Assembly (NCBI GenBank): GCA_905178155.1
Contig: CAJINV010000009.1
Location: forward strand, 2,023,373-2,087,372
Reading direction: 5' to 3'
From: Amoebophrya sp. A120
Taxonomy: Eukaryota; Protista; Dinoflagellata
Length of the DNA stretch: 64,000 nt
The notes beneath the pieces were generated by a model, which worked only from the letters and a program-made list of their open reading frames with translations, searched no databases and was not told the origin of the DNA. Below, one piece after another: positions 10,795 through 22,641 of this stretch; position 1 is the stretch's first letter, and each line of letters begins with the position of its first letter. The translations under genes and the position numbers were made by a program.

Positions 10795-12691
10795 TTACAT
10801 TTTCGAATTTGAAAATGCGGTGGCACGCTGGTCATCAGCCAGCGACGGAGATGTGTTTATATTCTGACTTTGCATGCTGTAGCTGTTTCCTTGGTCCAAA
10901 GACCGCAAGTCACCGGAAGTGGTGTCCCGAAAAAGAAATTTGCCATCTCGAATCGCTCCAACGCATTTGTACCCGCCGGAAAACTGAATAAGGGACTCAA
11001 TTGTGCACCCTTCCCCGGGTGGCGGGCGGAAGAAGGCTACGTCCGCGACGCTCGTTGGAAGGGAATCTTCGCCGCTGGTGTCACCCTGTTTGGTCGCCGT
11101 CAAGTGCCCTAAGCGGCTGTCCCCGAGCGCCATTCCCGCGTTGCGCGTGATGCCGAGGATCGCTTCCTCAGGTGTCAGGCCCTGCATGACGCAGCTCATG
11201 GTCGCACACTGCATCAAGTCGTAGACGGGACTCGAACCCGGATTCAAATCTGTCGAAACCGCCATCGTCACACTGTGCTTTCTCAGCAAGTCCACCGGCG
11301 GGCTGATGTCCCGTAGATACCACTGCGCGCCGGGGAGCAGCGTCGCAACCGTCTTGCGTTTCCCCATCCACTCCGCTGCGTCCTCGTCCAGCCGCTCCAA
11401 GTGGTCCGCGGAAAGGCCATTCAGCTCCGCCACGAGCTTGGCGCAGCCCGTGTGCTCGATCTGCTCCGCGTGCGCCTTCACCTTCAGGCCAGCGTGCTGG
11501 CCGGCTTCCAGGATCCGCCGACCCTCCTCTAGAGTGAAGGCGCCCTTGTCCACAAACACGTCGCAATGGTCCGCGATCGGGGCGCACTTCGGTATCTGTT
11601 CGCTGATCACTTGCCGCACATATTGCTCGCGAAGGTCTTTAAATTCCGGGGGAATCAGGTGCGCTCCGAGGAAGGTCTTCACAACGCGCGGTCCGGTATG
11701 AGTTGCGGCGGAGTGCGATTTTATCTTGTCGGCAACTTGCAGCATCTTGAACTCGGAATCGACACTGAGGCCGTACCTGATGAGCACCAAAGAACAGTTC
11801 TGAAGTACTTCAGTTCATGTTCACACGGCGCTTCAGTGGAGGAATTCCGATTAGGATTTCCCAGATGCAAGTAAGTATGTTAGTTTGTGGGTTGTATCTT
11901 CTAGTAGAGACTGAGAAGATACATTTTTGTTGAACGCGACAAAGTCTAGTGGAATAATGCCGTGGAAATCCGTGTCGTGTCATGTCCAACAATCTGTATG
12001 AAGAGGGTCGATCAAGAATAAAACGGACAACTCGAAGCAGTGCCGGAAAGTGATGCATGTAGCTTTTGCAAAAATGAGAACACATGGTCAAGATATGCAT
12101 ATGTTGATGTTCTGGTAGGTCGTAATACCCAGACTTTATCTCGACCGTCGTCGCTCCGCTGGTGTGCAGCAGGCAGTCGACGCGTTTTCGTGCGGCTTCG
12201 TACAGATCGGTGAGACTCGCCTCCCGGGTCGCTCTGGTTGTGCTGTTGATCCCCCCGCCACGCAACTGGATGTCAATGTAGGGAACGCCTCGAAGTCGTT
12301 CGGCAAACTCTGCGCTGCGCGACCCGGCCCAGACGGCGTGCGTGTGGCAGTCCACGAGGCCCGGCAGCGCGATCAGATTGGAGCCGTCCAGCAAAACATC
12401 CGCCTCCTTGTCGAACTCGAAGGGGCAGCTCTCTTCCGACCCCGCGTAGGTCAAGTTGCCGGCTTCGTCGAAGAACAAGCAGGCTGGCCCCTGGATACGG
12501 CCGAGGGGGTCTTTTATGGCTGGTTGGTCCGCCTTGGCACATGCCTCGATCTTCACCGCTTGCTCGTCCTTCACGCGATTCTGCCGCTCATTTTCCTCGG
12601 CGACGGCCGGATTGCATGTGACCAAGAGTCCCAGGTTGCAAACGCACAACGATTTGTTGCGTACCGCATCTCCAGAAACACTGGGCAACAT
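10795..12691 (-). CDS. hutI: Imidazolonepropionase (amidohydrolase of histidine catabolism), 2 exons, intron 11777-12128
   Basis: Motifs [26 protein letters not shown] and [10 protein letters not shown]. The signature EIKSGYGL is restored exactly by the GT-AG intron. Start codon uncertain. Confidence 0.92.
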
Positions 12692-13427
12692 AGTTCTGAT
12701 ATCAGATTCCTGGCAGCAATGGTGGGGTACTGGTACTGGACGGATATGATGATGATCAGAGGAGGTGACGAACATAGCAATCACAGAGATAGCGATAGGT
12801 AATTCTTTGCATTGCCACTGCAGGTAAGAACGGGTAAGAACAAAAAAAATAATGGGTCAATGTCAAGTAGAAAGCTGGATTAGCAAAATAAAGTGCTCAT
12901 CAACGTCAACGAGTACAGGGTGATGTTGAAACCCAAACCAAATCTAGTTGTCACAAAACAATCTAGTTAATCATGCAGCCGGCGACGGGTAGGGCTCGGG
13001 GGACCAACACACTGCGTCGACCGATGGTTTTGCAAAAAAACACGTCGAACATGCATTCATCTCAGTCAGGCTCTTCACAAGGAGCACCGGACAAATTCAA
13101 ATGCCTTTACCTATCTCACCTATGCTGAGATTGACAACCAGGACCAGCAAACCAAAAATATCAAAAATAGTTCGCCATGATTTGCACTTGACATGGCTTC
13201 CCGTGCAACACTCGGTTGATCTTCACGCGGGTCCTGCTCCAAGCGCATCAAAAGTGATGACCTGGAACTACATCAGATGAATCCATTCGCGTAATCACAG
13301 TTTGACGCCCACGCCGCGTCAATGCACGACAGATAAAATCCCAATAATAGCTTGCTTTTTAAAAACCTAAAGCACGACAATTCCGTCTACTACAACTTCC
13401 TGCGCCGGTGCGCTTCTTGCTGTGGTG

Positions 13428-16400
13428 CTACTTAATGTTGTATCTGAGTCTTGCGCTCCTGCTCCCTGATGACTCAACACCCAGACCCGGTGAAGCCGTC
13501 GCAGCGGCCAGCAGCTGCGGCGATCCCCTGGTAGTTCCGACTGGCATGATGACTCGAGGGGACAGCAACTTGGTCAGCCTCTCACTGCTCCGGGCGCTCC
13601 GCGGCTGGTGGTGTTCCGCCTGCGCATAGTAAACGACACGGGCCTGCTGCTGCTGCTTTGCTCGCGCGGAGGGTGGCGGTGCGTCCAGCATTTGCGTCGT
13701 TCTCGGAGTATCTCGGTTGATGTGGCCGCGGTGAAGGCAAGAGGCGGACTGGGAACCAATCAACTTCATCTGCCTGCTCGTGGGTTGCTGCGGCACCACG
13801 ACCTGGTAGTGGCTCCTGCCCATCGGTGTTGGTACGGCGCCGATCTGAGCGGCACTGCCACTGCCTGGACTGAACATCGACATTGGAGGCGGGGTTGACA
13901 CCTGAGTGGGTTTCCGTCCACTACCGACATCGCGGTCTGTCGTACCACTATAGCTGGTTGGTGGCGTTGCGTGGTAAGTACCGGCGCCCTGGTTTGCGAT
14001 TTGTCTTTGTTGCGTCAAGAACTGCTGTTCTTGCGGATGTAGTGCCGTTGAATCTACTGGGATGGTGTCGTGGTTAAGCTTCGGTGGCAGGGAGCTTCGC
14101 AAGCCCCGCACGTGGTGCCCTCCACTGCCGTTTGATCCCAGAGACAGGCGTGCACTTGACGCGATGCTTTCCCGTGTCGACGCAGCCTTTTTGCCCTTGG
14201 TAGACGACAAAAAATCATGGCCATGGGGGTGGCTATGGCCTACATCATCGTGTTCCTTTTTCGAACTTGTTTTGCTGCCCATTTTCCCTAAAAAGACAGG
14301 AACAGATTTCGTCGACTCAGCAGCTGGCGCAAGAACCGTGGTTCTCCCGTTTACTTTTTGCTGTTCGGCGGGAGTACCGACGCCAGCCCGCAAGCGATCC
14401 TGGCCCGACAGAGGTATCGTGTCGTGTGGAGGTTGTTTATCGCGATATTCGGTCAATCGGCGGAGATCGTTTTTGGTCGTCGCCGTAGGGATCTGCGTAC
14501 TGGCACCCACCGCCGCGGAACTACTAGAACGAAGACCATTTCTTTCTTGCATATAATCCGCCCATTGAGGTTCGTTCCGTTCTTCCTGTTGCAACAGATT
14601 TAGCATGGCGCTCGTGATTTCCCCGACAGGATACTTCGGCGAAAATTGAGGCGTCCGACCTGCGCTGTCTCGCGTTGCTGCTAGGTGTCTGACTTCTCCG
14701 ATTTTTGCGGTTCCCTTCAACTGCGCTGGCGTGAGTACAGTTTCCTTCATCTTTGCTGTGTCGGCTTCCGACGAGCACTTAAAATTCTCTGTTGCTGCCA
14801 AGTCATCTCTCTTGATGCTTGACGAGGCTTCAGATCCAGCTCTTTGAAAGTGTGCCGTAGCAGTCGCACTCGCGCCAAGTGACATTGGGGAGCGCGCACT
14901 TTTGAAATGAAAGCTGGGCTCGGTTGCACGCGTTGCTTTCATCGTAGCGCCTGCACCAGCAGCGGTCGTCGTCGCGGACCCTTTCTTGCTGTTATTTGCA
15001 GTAGTTTTTCCCGCAGCTGCGGCACCACCCCCAAAAACGGTGCTCCCAAATGTTCTTGAGTCGACGATGTGGCGTTGGCCCACATGCCCGGGGGCATCAT
15101 TTTTCGATGAGAATAAGGTCCGGCTGCTGGGATAGAAGCTGGGAGCAGTCCTCCGCCGATTGTCAGAGGAAAACAGCGGCCGTGCGACCTCACCATATTG
15201 CTGATCAAAAGCGAAAACGGGCGTGGAACGTGCTTCAACATGATTTCCGCCCGCACCACCCGCATCGTCTTTATTTGCGGCGTGCTTGGAAGGGTCCTTT
15301 GCAGTTTTCCTCGGGCCTTCGACGATGTTGCCGCCACTCGTCATCATCAGGATGTCCTCAAGGGAATCCTTCCGTGTGCCGGTAGAACCAGCAGGAAGGT
15401 ACTGGTGATTGTGGTTGTTCATGTTCTGTTGCTCATGGTCTGGCCGCAGATGTGTCGTCCCGGGAGGAGCGCCATCGGTGTTCGAAGAAGAAACCCAAGA
15501 GGAAACAGAAAACATGTCACTCGAAACCTTGCGAGGCAGCCGAGCTGTAGATCCGGAACTTTGCAGCGGCATGTGCAGAAGCTGGCCTCGAGTTGCCCCG
15601 TTCAGGCTATGATCCGGAGGCTGCATCCTGACAGCGGAATGTTTGTCAACAAACTTCTCTGCTGCAGCAGCACCAGGCACCGCAGTGCTGCTACTCCCTT
15701 GCTCTTGGTCTACTTGTCCGCCAGCCGCGTGCGAATGCAAATTCGGCGGCTGCTGAAACCCTTGCTGGCCGCTTTGCACATGCTTGGCCGAGTCTGATCT
15801 GATACAACCGCCAGCACCTTCATGATCAAGCCTCTGATCTGCTGCAACAGAGCTGCCTTTTTGTCCGCCTCCGTAGGCTGCGATTCCGTTTGTGCCTGTC
15901 TTGTTCAGATGCGGCGGACTCAGATCGAAGTTCTTTCCGCCACCGTCCAGCGGCGATGAAGCAAAGGCCATGGTCGCTCCCCCGTTCGTCCCTGCAAACA
16001 CGGGATTTGCGAAAATCGTTCGCCCGCTGACGTGGTCCTTGTTCCGCTCAACAGCAGCTGACGGCGCAAAATTGGCAGGAGTGGAGTTTTGGCTGGTCTT
16101 CGCAGCTCCGTTCTTGTCAAGTACGTCTGGTGTCGGAACCAAAGGAGTCGTGCCTATTGAACTCCGACCCAGCGCAGCTGGTGCAAGCGTGTGGAGGTGC
16201 GACATTGGTCCTTGGGGAGATACCGAAAATTTCCGCAAGTCTTCGCTCCCGTGTTCACTCTGACGCTGCAGCTGTTGCTGCAGGAGTTCCAAACTTCCGC
16301 TGCGGGATCGCGCCGACGCGCCTCGGGGCGACGACCCGAGACGCGGTGGTCGGCTTGGCTCTTCGAGGGCGTTGATGATGTTCCTGCCCAGTCGTGAAAA

Positions 16401-19400
16401 GTCACTGCCCTGGCGCTTCTGGTGACGGTCTTGATCTGTTGTGGCTGGTGCCCGATGATTGGTTCTTATTCCGGACGCAGCTGCAATGATATTCGGGTCT
16501 GCGTCGTGTCCAAGTGGATGAAAAAAGGGCTCCGCGTGCTGCTCGTCATGTCCTTCCCCATCACCCTCCGCTTCTGGTTCGAAAACTAGCTCGACCTCTT
16601 CCTCCAAAATGTCCTCCACTTGCCGCGAAGCACAGCGGCCGCTGGTTCTACTTTTACCGCAGGCGCGGCCACCCGGGGAATGCGTCGCATCCTCGTCTAC
16701 TCCCAGAAGCCTTGTATTCGTCGAGGTTGAGTTTGATGCACGACCAGAGGTTTTTCCAACAATCTCTTCTGAGTTGTCAGGCTTGCTGGTTGCCATTCGT
16801 CCTCGTTTTCGCAAGAGTCCCGTCCTCGCCCGCTCTGAATGCAGACTACTGCGAAGAAGGGAGCCTTTCGCATTCGCCAGGAATGGATTAGGGTTCGTTG
16901 TTGTGCCTGTTCCTGCGAGGTTGCTGTCGGCCGCGCGGGGGGTAAAATAGTCATTCTCCGACACGCGCACGCGGTCGTGGACGGAAAGAAACGTTTTCTC
17001 GTAGCCAGGGGAGCAGGCCGCGCGCGTCCCAGTCAACACGCGAGACGGACTGCCTACGTTCGAGGAGGAACCGTTAGTCGCATCACCGCTGATGGACCGC
17101 ATCCGTTCGGCAGATGATGAAAGTCCTGCGTCGACGCCCCCCAGCTGCACCAGATCCTGTGCACCGACATTTGCAAGATCCCTCTCGCCGCCGTCGGACG
17201 CCTGCTCAGCACCACTTCGCGAAGAAACGATTGCCAGTACACTAGAGCCTGCCTCGAACACCACAGGAGGCTCTTTGGGAGGAGGGCTTTCGGTTACGTT
17301 CACCATGGCACCTCCGTCGGCGGCATTCGCATTCGCGTTCTGCAGTTGTTGCAGTGTGGCGAATGGAGCGTCGACAAAATCTGTCGAGATTCCAACGTCG
17401 ACGCTAGTTTTATCGCAAGACATTTTCCCGCCCATGTCCAAAGTTGGCGCCCGACCCTCTTTGCACTGTTCTGGTGCACCAAGTGCGACACTCGGCAAAT
17501 TCGCTTGCACACCGCACTCGTTCGTTTGTTTGTGTTTCTTCTCGTCGTCGTCCCTGCTGGTAAAAGCCGCATCATTGACGAGAGGGCCAGCCGTACCTTC
17601 TCTTTCTTCTTCAACTTTGTTCCGTTGCACCGCTTGATCTTCTGCAGCGGTCTCGTAGCCATCGATTCGTTGGTGCGCTTCCCGCAACTCCATGCGCAAC
17701 TGCGCTAGCTCGCGGTGCAACAGGGCCCGTTGCTCCTCGGATTGGATCAGGTCCCCCCGAACGCGCATCAAACTCTGGTCCAGCGCTGCGACTTCGGTGC
17801 GCAACTCGTTCTCCTTGCGCCGGCTATCCGAAAGATCCTTCCTCGCGGAGTCGCGCTCAGTAGCGCGTAGCTGCTGGAGAATTTCCTTGCACGGGAAAAT
17901 GTGCACCCCTGTTACCATTCCCGTCTGCTCCACGCTAAGCTCCTTGGTGCGTCGTTGCGGCAGCTCCTTCATTCCTACGGTCACTGTTGAAATGGTCTGG
18001 CCGGTGGCTTGTTGATGATCTGTGCTGCTTACGCGTCGCAACTTCCGTGATACCGCAATGTGGCGCCAAGTATAGAAAAAACTTGTCACGGTCTGCAGAG
18101 AATTCCAGCCAGCCACCATCCTGAAAAACTGTCGGCTTTGCTCGCGCACAAAATTTTCGAGCTCAATCACACGGGAGCTGTCTTTGTCTACTTGTTCCGT
18201 GGTCTCGTTCGCCGGCTGTTGTTCCTCCATTGTACAGCCATCGTGTTCATCTTGGTGGTCGTCTCGTCTGTGTCCTGCTCTTGTGGCGGTGCCCATACCA
18301 CGACCGCCTCGCCCGTCGCAGGCCGCGGCAGTGCTTTGACACTGTTGTTCATCGCGCTCAGCAGAAGATTGTGACTGCTCGCTGCCGTCTGTGTGGAGAT
18401 TGCTCAACGGCGAAACAGCATCGAGCTCACAGCTTTCCTCGTCGTGTTGTGAAACCACGCAATTATTGTGCGTCTGGTCCTCGGCCGGGGCGGTGATGAG
18501 TAGACCTGTGCCGCCGTGGTCGGGAGAGAGTCAGTTGATCATGCTGAATTAGGACATCTTCTATATGTTTCTGTTATCGTTATGCTCATTTTCATACTTT
18601 TGTCTTTTGAACGACATAAAAAAAACAGAACGGTACGCGCTGAGGCCCAGAATTATTTGCACTACCATCGTGATTGGGGTCAAACCTTGCGTATATACCC
18701 GGGCGCGGTGCCCTCGTGGGACGGCTTTTGTTACACTGCGAAATTATAAGGATCTCAGTAGCCTACGCGCGCCATACCATGCGGGTTGGCCCTTCAAAGT
18801 CTTCTGGTTTTTGCTTTTGTCTTTTACTCACGCCTTTCCGGAATCCCGGGATTTCCCGAATCCCGGGATTTGTCGTGAAACTGGTGAAAATCGTGCAAAA
18901 GTTGCTTTGTTTTCTATGCTAATCGCGATGGTAGGACCTCTTTTGCACGAGTTTTTGCACCGTGCAAAAAATCGCGCAAAAGCCTAACACTTGTGTCGCG
19001 AATCGCGCTACTACGGGCCCTGTTTGCGGAGTTGCTTTTTCCTGGTTTTCCGCGATATTTCGCACAAGTCGCGCAGCCGAATCACGACGGCACGGCCTTT
19101 TTTTCACGATGTGTCTCGCCGTGACACAAATCGGAACAAGCGCTGCGGTTTTATCTCGAATCGCGATGGTACGCGCCGGCTTTCGACCGGAGTCGGTTTC
19201 CGTGGTTTGTCGGTCGCGACCGCAACGTTTGGGAATCGCGACCCGCACCGCGGCACATGTGGGCAGTGTTTCCGCTTATCGCCCGCGCGCGTGTCTACTT
19301 TTACCTTGGCTGCCCTCGCCGACGCGGGTCGGAGTCCGCACGTCCTAACAGCACGGCGCCGACTGCTCAGCGCACTGCGTGCCCTGGCACATGGTGGCGC

Positions 19401-21536
19401 CAGCGTCTGCAGTCAATATCTTCCCGCGCGCGTAGTGCGCGCGGCGGCGCATGCGGGCAGTATTCCCCACCGCACTGCTGGTCTTTGCCTGTCGCGCGGA
19501 ATGTCTCTCGGGTTCTTGTGGTTGTCACTGTGCGCCATATACATACTGTCGTGGTTGGTTGTCAATACGCCAGAACGACAACTCCTTCGCGTGGCGCCAA
19601 CAACGGGCGCGGGGCAAATCCAAACCCCACCCGAAACAAGACAAGCCCTGTGCGTAAAATCGTATGGCGCTGGGAATTGCGATACGCTACAAGAGCGGTG
19701 GCTACAGTTTGTGGTAGCTAGGGAGCTAAAATCCTGCATGCGTGTCCTCCACGCGGGCGGCTCCTTGTTTCGGGTGGGGTTTGGATTTGCCCCGCGCCCG
19801 TTGTTGACGCCACGCGAAGGAGTTGTCGTTCTGGCGTATTGACAACCAACCAAACCATCTTGACAACTGCCGTATTGGCAACCAATCACCCAGCCCGCCT
19901 TCGCAATACAATATTGCCAACGCCCCACTCTTTCCCTTCAGCCTGCGCAACAACCCTACTGCTGGGCACGCTTTCACGCCCGTCGGCGCCGCGCGCGGGC
20001 GCCCCGCCCAGTGCGGTTGCGGCCCCCCGGGAGGACGAGCGGACCACTTCCAGAACAGTCACCAACGAGGGGACCGGCCAGCCGCCCAACAGAAGCAGGC
20101 AGCGCAGTGGTTAGGTCCGTGGTGAGGCCCGCGGGCGCAATAGCTGTGCCCAACACACACAAGCCCCGCACTGGTTAGGTCCGTGTTGAGGCCCGCGGGC
20201 ACAATAGCTCCAGTTCCGCCACCCCCTCGCGATACATAGCGGACCAGCGGGCAACCCACAACACTCCCCCCCCCCCAACCACCCATGCGGGCGGGGCCCG
20301 AGAGCCGGGCGCGCCGCAAGTGGGCGGCCCCTTGCGTGCCCGCGGCGAAAAACGGGCGGAGTCGGCCAGCAAGGCAGCAACCATCCAAACGAACAGGACA
20401 TCCAAACGAGCAGGACAATGGGCCCCCACCAAACTTTCCCCTTTCAGGCAGGTAACTAAGAAGGCGGAGGCCCGTTCCGGACCTGATACGGCGGAAGTGG
20501 GGGCCCCCTTCGGGCGGGGGCGGCAGGGAGGCGGAGCCCCCGTGTGGGCAAGAAGGGCCGCGGGGGCCCCCCGCGGGAGGGCAGGAGACCGCTTTTGGCC
20601 GGCAGCCCGCAGGAGGCGGGGGGGCCTCCTGCGCGCAAGCAAGGAGGCGGGGGCCCCCCTGCACGAGCGGTACCCAGCGGCCGGAAGGGCGGGAGCCGGG
20701 GGGCCCCCCTGCAGGCGGGCCCCCAACGGGCGAAAGGGTGTGAGGGGGGACGGGCAAGGGGGCGTCGGCCCCCTGCGCGTGAGCGGTGAAAGAAGGAAGC
20801 GGGGGCCCCCTGTAGGCAGGATACCCCCTGCGGGCGGGAGCCGGGGACGGGGGCCCCCCTGCAGGGGCGCGGGAAGTGAAAGAAGGAGGCATGGGCCCCC
20901 CTGCAGGCGCGGTACCAGCGGTCGGCGCCCCGCGATGCCCAGCTGGCGAAAGGTTGTGTGGGGGGGCGATCAAGGAGGCGGGGGCCCCCTGTAAGTGGGC
21001 AGTGAAAGACGGAGGCGGGGCCCCCCTGCGGGCGGGAGGGCGGGAGTCGGGGACGGGGGCCCCCTTGTGGGGAGGCTACCGAGCGGGCGAGAGGCGGGAG
21101 GGCGGGGGCCCCCTGTTTTCCCCGAGGGTATGCTCGACGCTAAAAATATAACCTTCACCGTGCCGTCGTGTTTCAAAGTCTGGGCCTCAGCACGTACCGG
21201 TCTCAAAAAAAAACCAACCGATAAGATACTCGTCTTGTCCCTCGTCTGGTTCGTCCGCGTTTGCGGGCAAGCTTCTTCCTTGTATTCAAGCACGCGACGG
21301 GGACGCCACGTTGCTGACATGTTGGACGAGGTATCTTGTTCTGGTTCGCGGTCCTGTTTCGTTTCTTGTTCTTGTTCCCGTCCCCCTTGCCCTTCGATTT
21401 CCACACCGAAGAAATTTGCTTCAACATCACTTTCGTCCCGTTCCTCGTTTTTGCACGTGTCCATCACGGGACTACAAGGGACTGGGACCTTCTGCGCATC
21501 CCCGATACTGCAGTCCTCCATCGGGGAGCTGAACAT
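13428..21536 (-). CDS. Large low-complexity hypothetical protein with a coiled-coil segment; main exon 13428-18505, probable upstream exon about 21230-21536
   Basis: 1676-aa ORF with a coiled-coil-like stretch (LRTEVAALDQSL...LREAHQRI). An acceptor CACAG at 18506 is phase-compatible with GT donors at 21229 or 21214. The join is inferred. Confidence 0.6.
19552..19852. repeat. Inverted repeat with 89-bp arms (19552-19640 and 19764-19852) and a 123-bp spacer
   Basis: The arms are reverse complements with a single mismatch. Confidence 0.95.
20108..20209 (+). repeat. 38-bp direct repeat, two copies (20108-20145, 20172-20209)
   Basis: tggttaggtccgtg(g/t)tgaggcccgcgggc(g/a)caatagct, 36/38 identical. 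Confidence 0.9.
20420..21115. repeat. GC-rich degenerate array of G(n)C(n) (GGGCCC-centred) palindromes
   Basis: About 13-14 gggggcccccc-like units interleaved with recurring gtgaaagaaggaggc and gggcgggagccggggac blocks. Confidence 0.85.
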
Positions 21537-22641
21537 CTTCGCGAAGCAGGCAATCAATAATCAGTGAGGACGCGGCGTCAATATTTACATTCTCGAATAA
21601 ACGTAGAACAATGTGTTTTCACGCCACCACCAAACTTATATGAAACGCTTTTGATTTTGTTTTTCTTTTTTCCCCTCTTCGAAGCAGGACTGGAGGGGAA
21701 ATCATGGAATTGCGCGCTTTGTACTGTTCGTGCTATTATAATTTGTCTTCGTTTTTACTCGCTCGTCGCACTGTGTTACCGGATTCCAATTTGAAAACTT
21801 CACTCTGTCAGTATACAACACTTATCTTCGCGGCAAATGAACACATTCGGGGAAGAAAACAAAATTGCCAGTTAGCTTCGCTCCAATGCCAGTCTTTGTG
21901 TTGCGGAGTTGTCTCATCTTGCTTCTTTTCCATTGACATGCATCTCCGCGCAATCGCCTTGGCTACCGCGACAGTCTTTGTTGTCTGCTGGTTCTGTTAG
22001 TTCGATAGTCACATGAATCTCAAACTTCCGTAAATGGTTAATCGACCATAAGCTCGTCTCTAGAATCATACAAACTGATGGAGGCGGGTAATGTAGTGTC
22101 TCTATCTCTGTCGTAGTTCCGTTTCCCTAAGAACATTTTACAAAAAACACTCGTTCACTTCTTGAAAAGAAGAAGTCCGGGAGAAGAAACAGAAGAAGTT
22201 GAAGTAGTTGTCATACGTTAAAGTTAAACTCAGCATCTGTGTTTCTTATTTTTTTTTTCGTTCATTTCAAGTTTGATATAGCAGACCATGCTGGCAAGAA
22301 GCACGGCTACACAGTCAATAGCTTCGCACGATTTTCGCGTGCGCGCCGTGCCGCGTAATAGCATTGTGGTAATTGCAAGGTGCTGAAGTCGCCAATGGCC
22401 CGAAGCTTCGCTGAAACCAGCGCATATTCGTAGGTCCATCGCAAAAGCGCATCCATTTTCTCCGTCTGTGCAACCTTCAAAAATATTTTTTTATTATTGG
22501 ATTTTTTGATTGTGGCGAACCAGTTTGGTGTGATTCGCTTGTTCGTCAACTTTGAGCTTCATTATAGAGGACGATGCTAACGAGACGTCGAGCCAACGAT
22601 ACTACACGACGACAGCCACGAATTTCCAAATCAGTCTCTGG

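Larger units (their letters stand above)
18626..21204. mobile_element. Putative non-autonomous TIR DNA transposon, 2579 bp, GC-rich, probably intronic
   Basis: 26-bp terminal inverted repeats: cagaacggtacgcgctgaggcccaga (18626-18651) versus the reverse complement of 21179-21204, gagaccggtacgtgctgaggcccaga (23/26 identical). Flanked by A8 on the left and A9 on the right, a possible TSD. No transposase recognised. Confidence 0.7.

Noticed and set aside
11777-12128. Apparent frameshift or pseudogenisation of hutI (likewise split HIP and rpiB ORFs)
   Set aside because: Fully explained by canonical frame-restoring GT-AG introns.
20420-21115. CRISPR-like repeat/spacer appearance
   Set aside because: Repeats are short, degenerate and irregularly spaced, there are no cas genes, and the context is eukaryotic.
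18565-21151. Many overlapping ORFs (up to 304 aa) within the GC-rich element
   Set aside because: G/P/A/R-rich translations of repeats, open because stops are scarce at high GC. No transposase or RT motifs seen.
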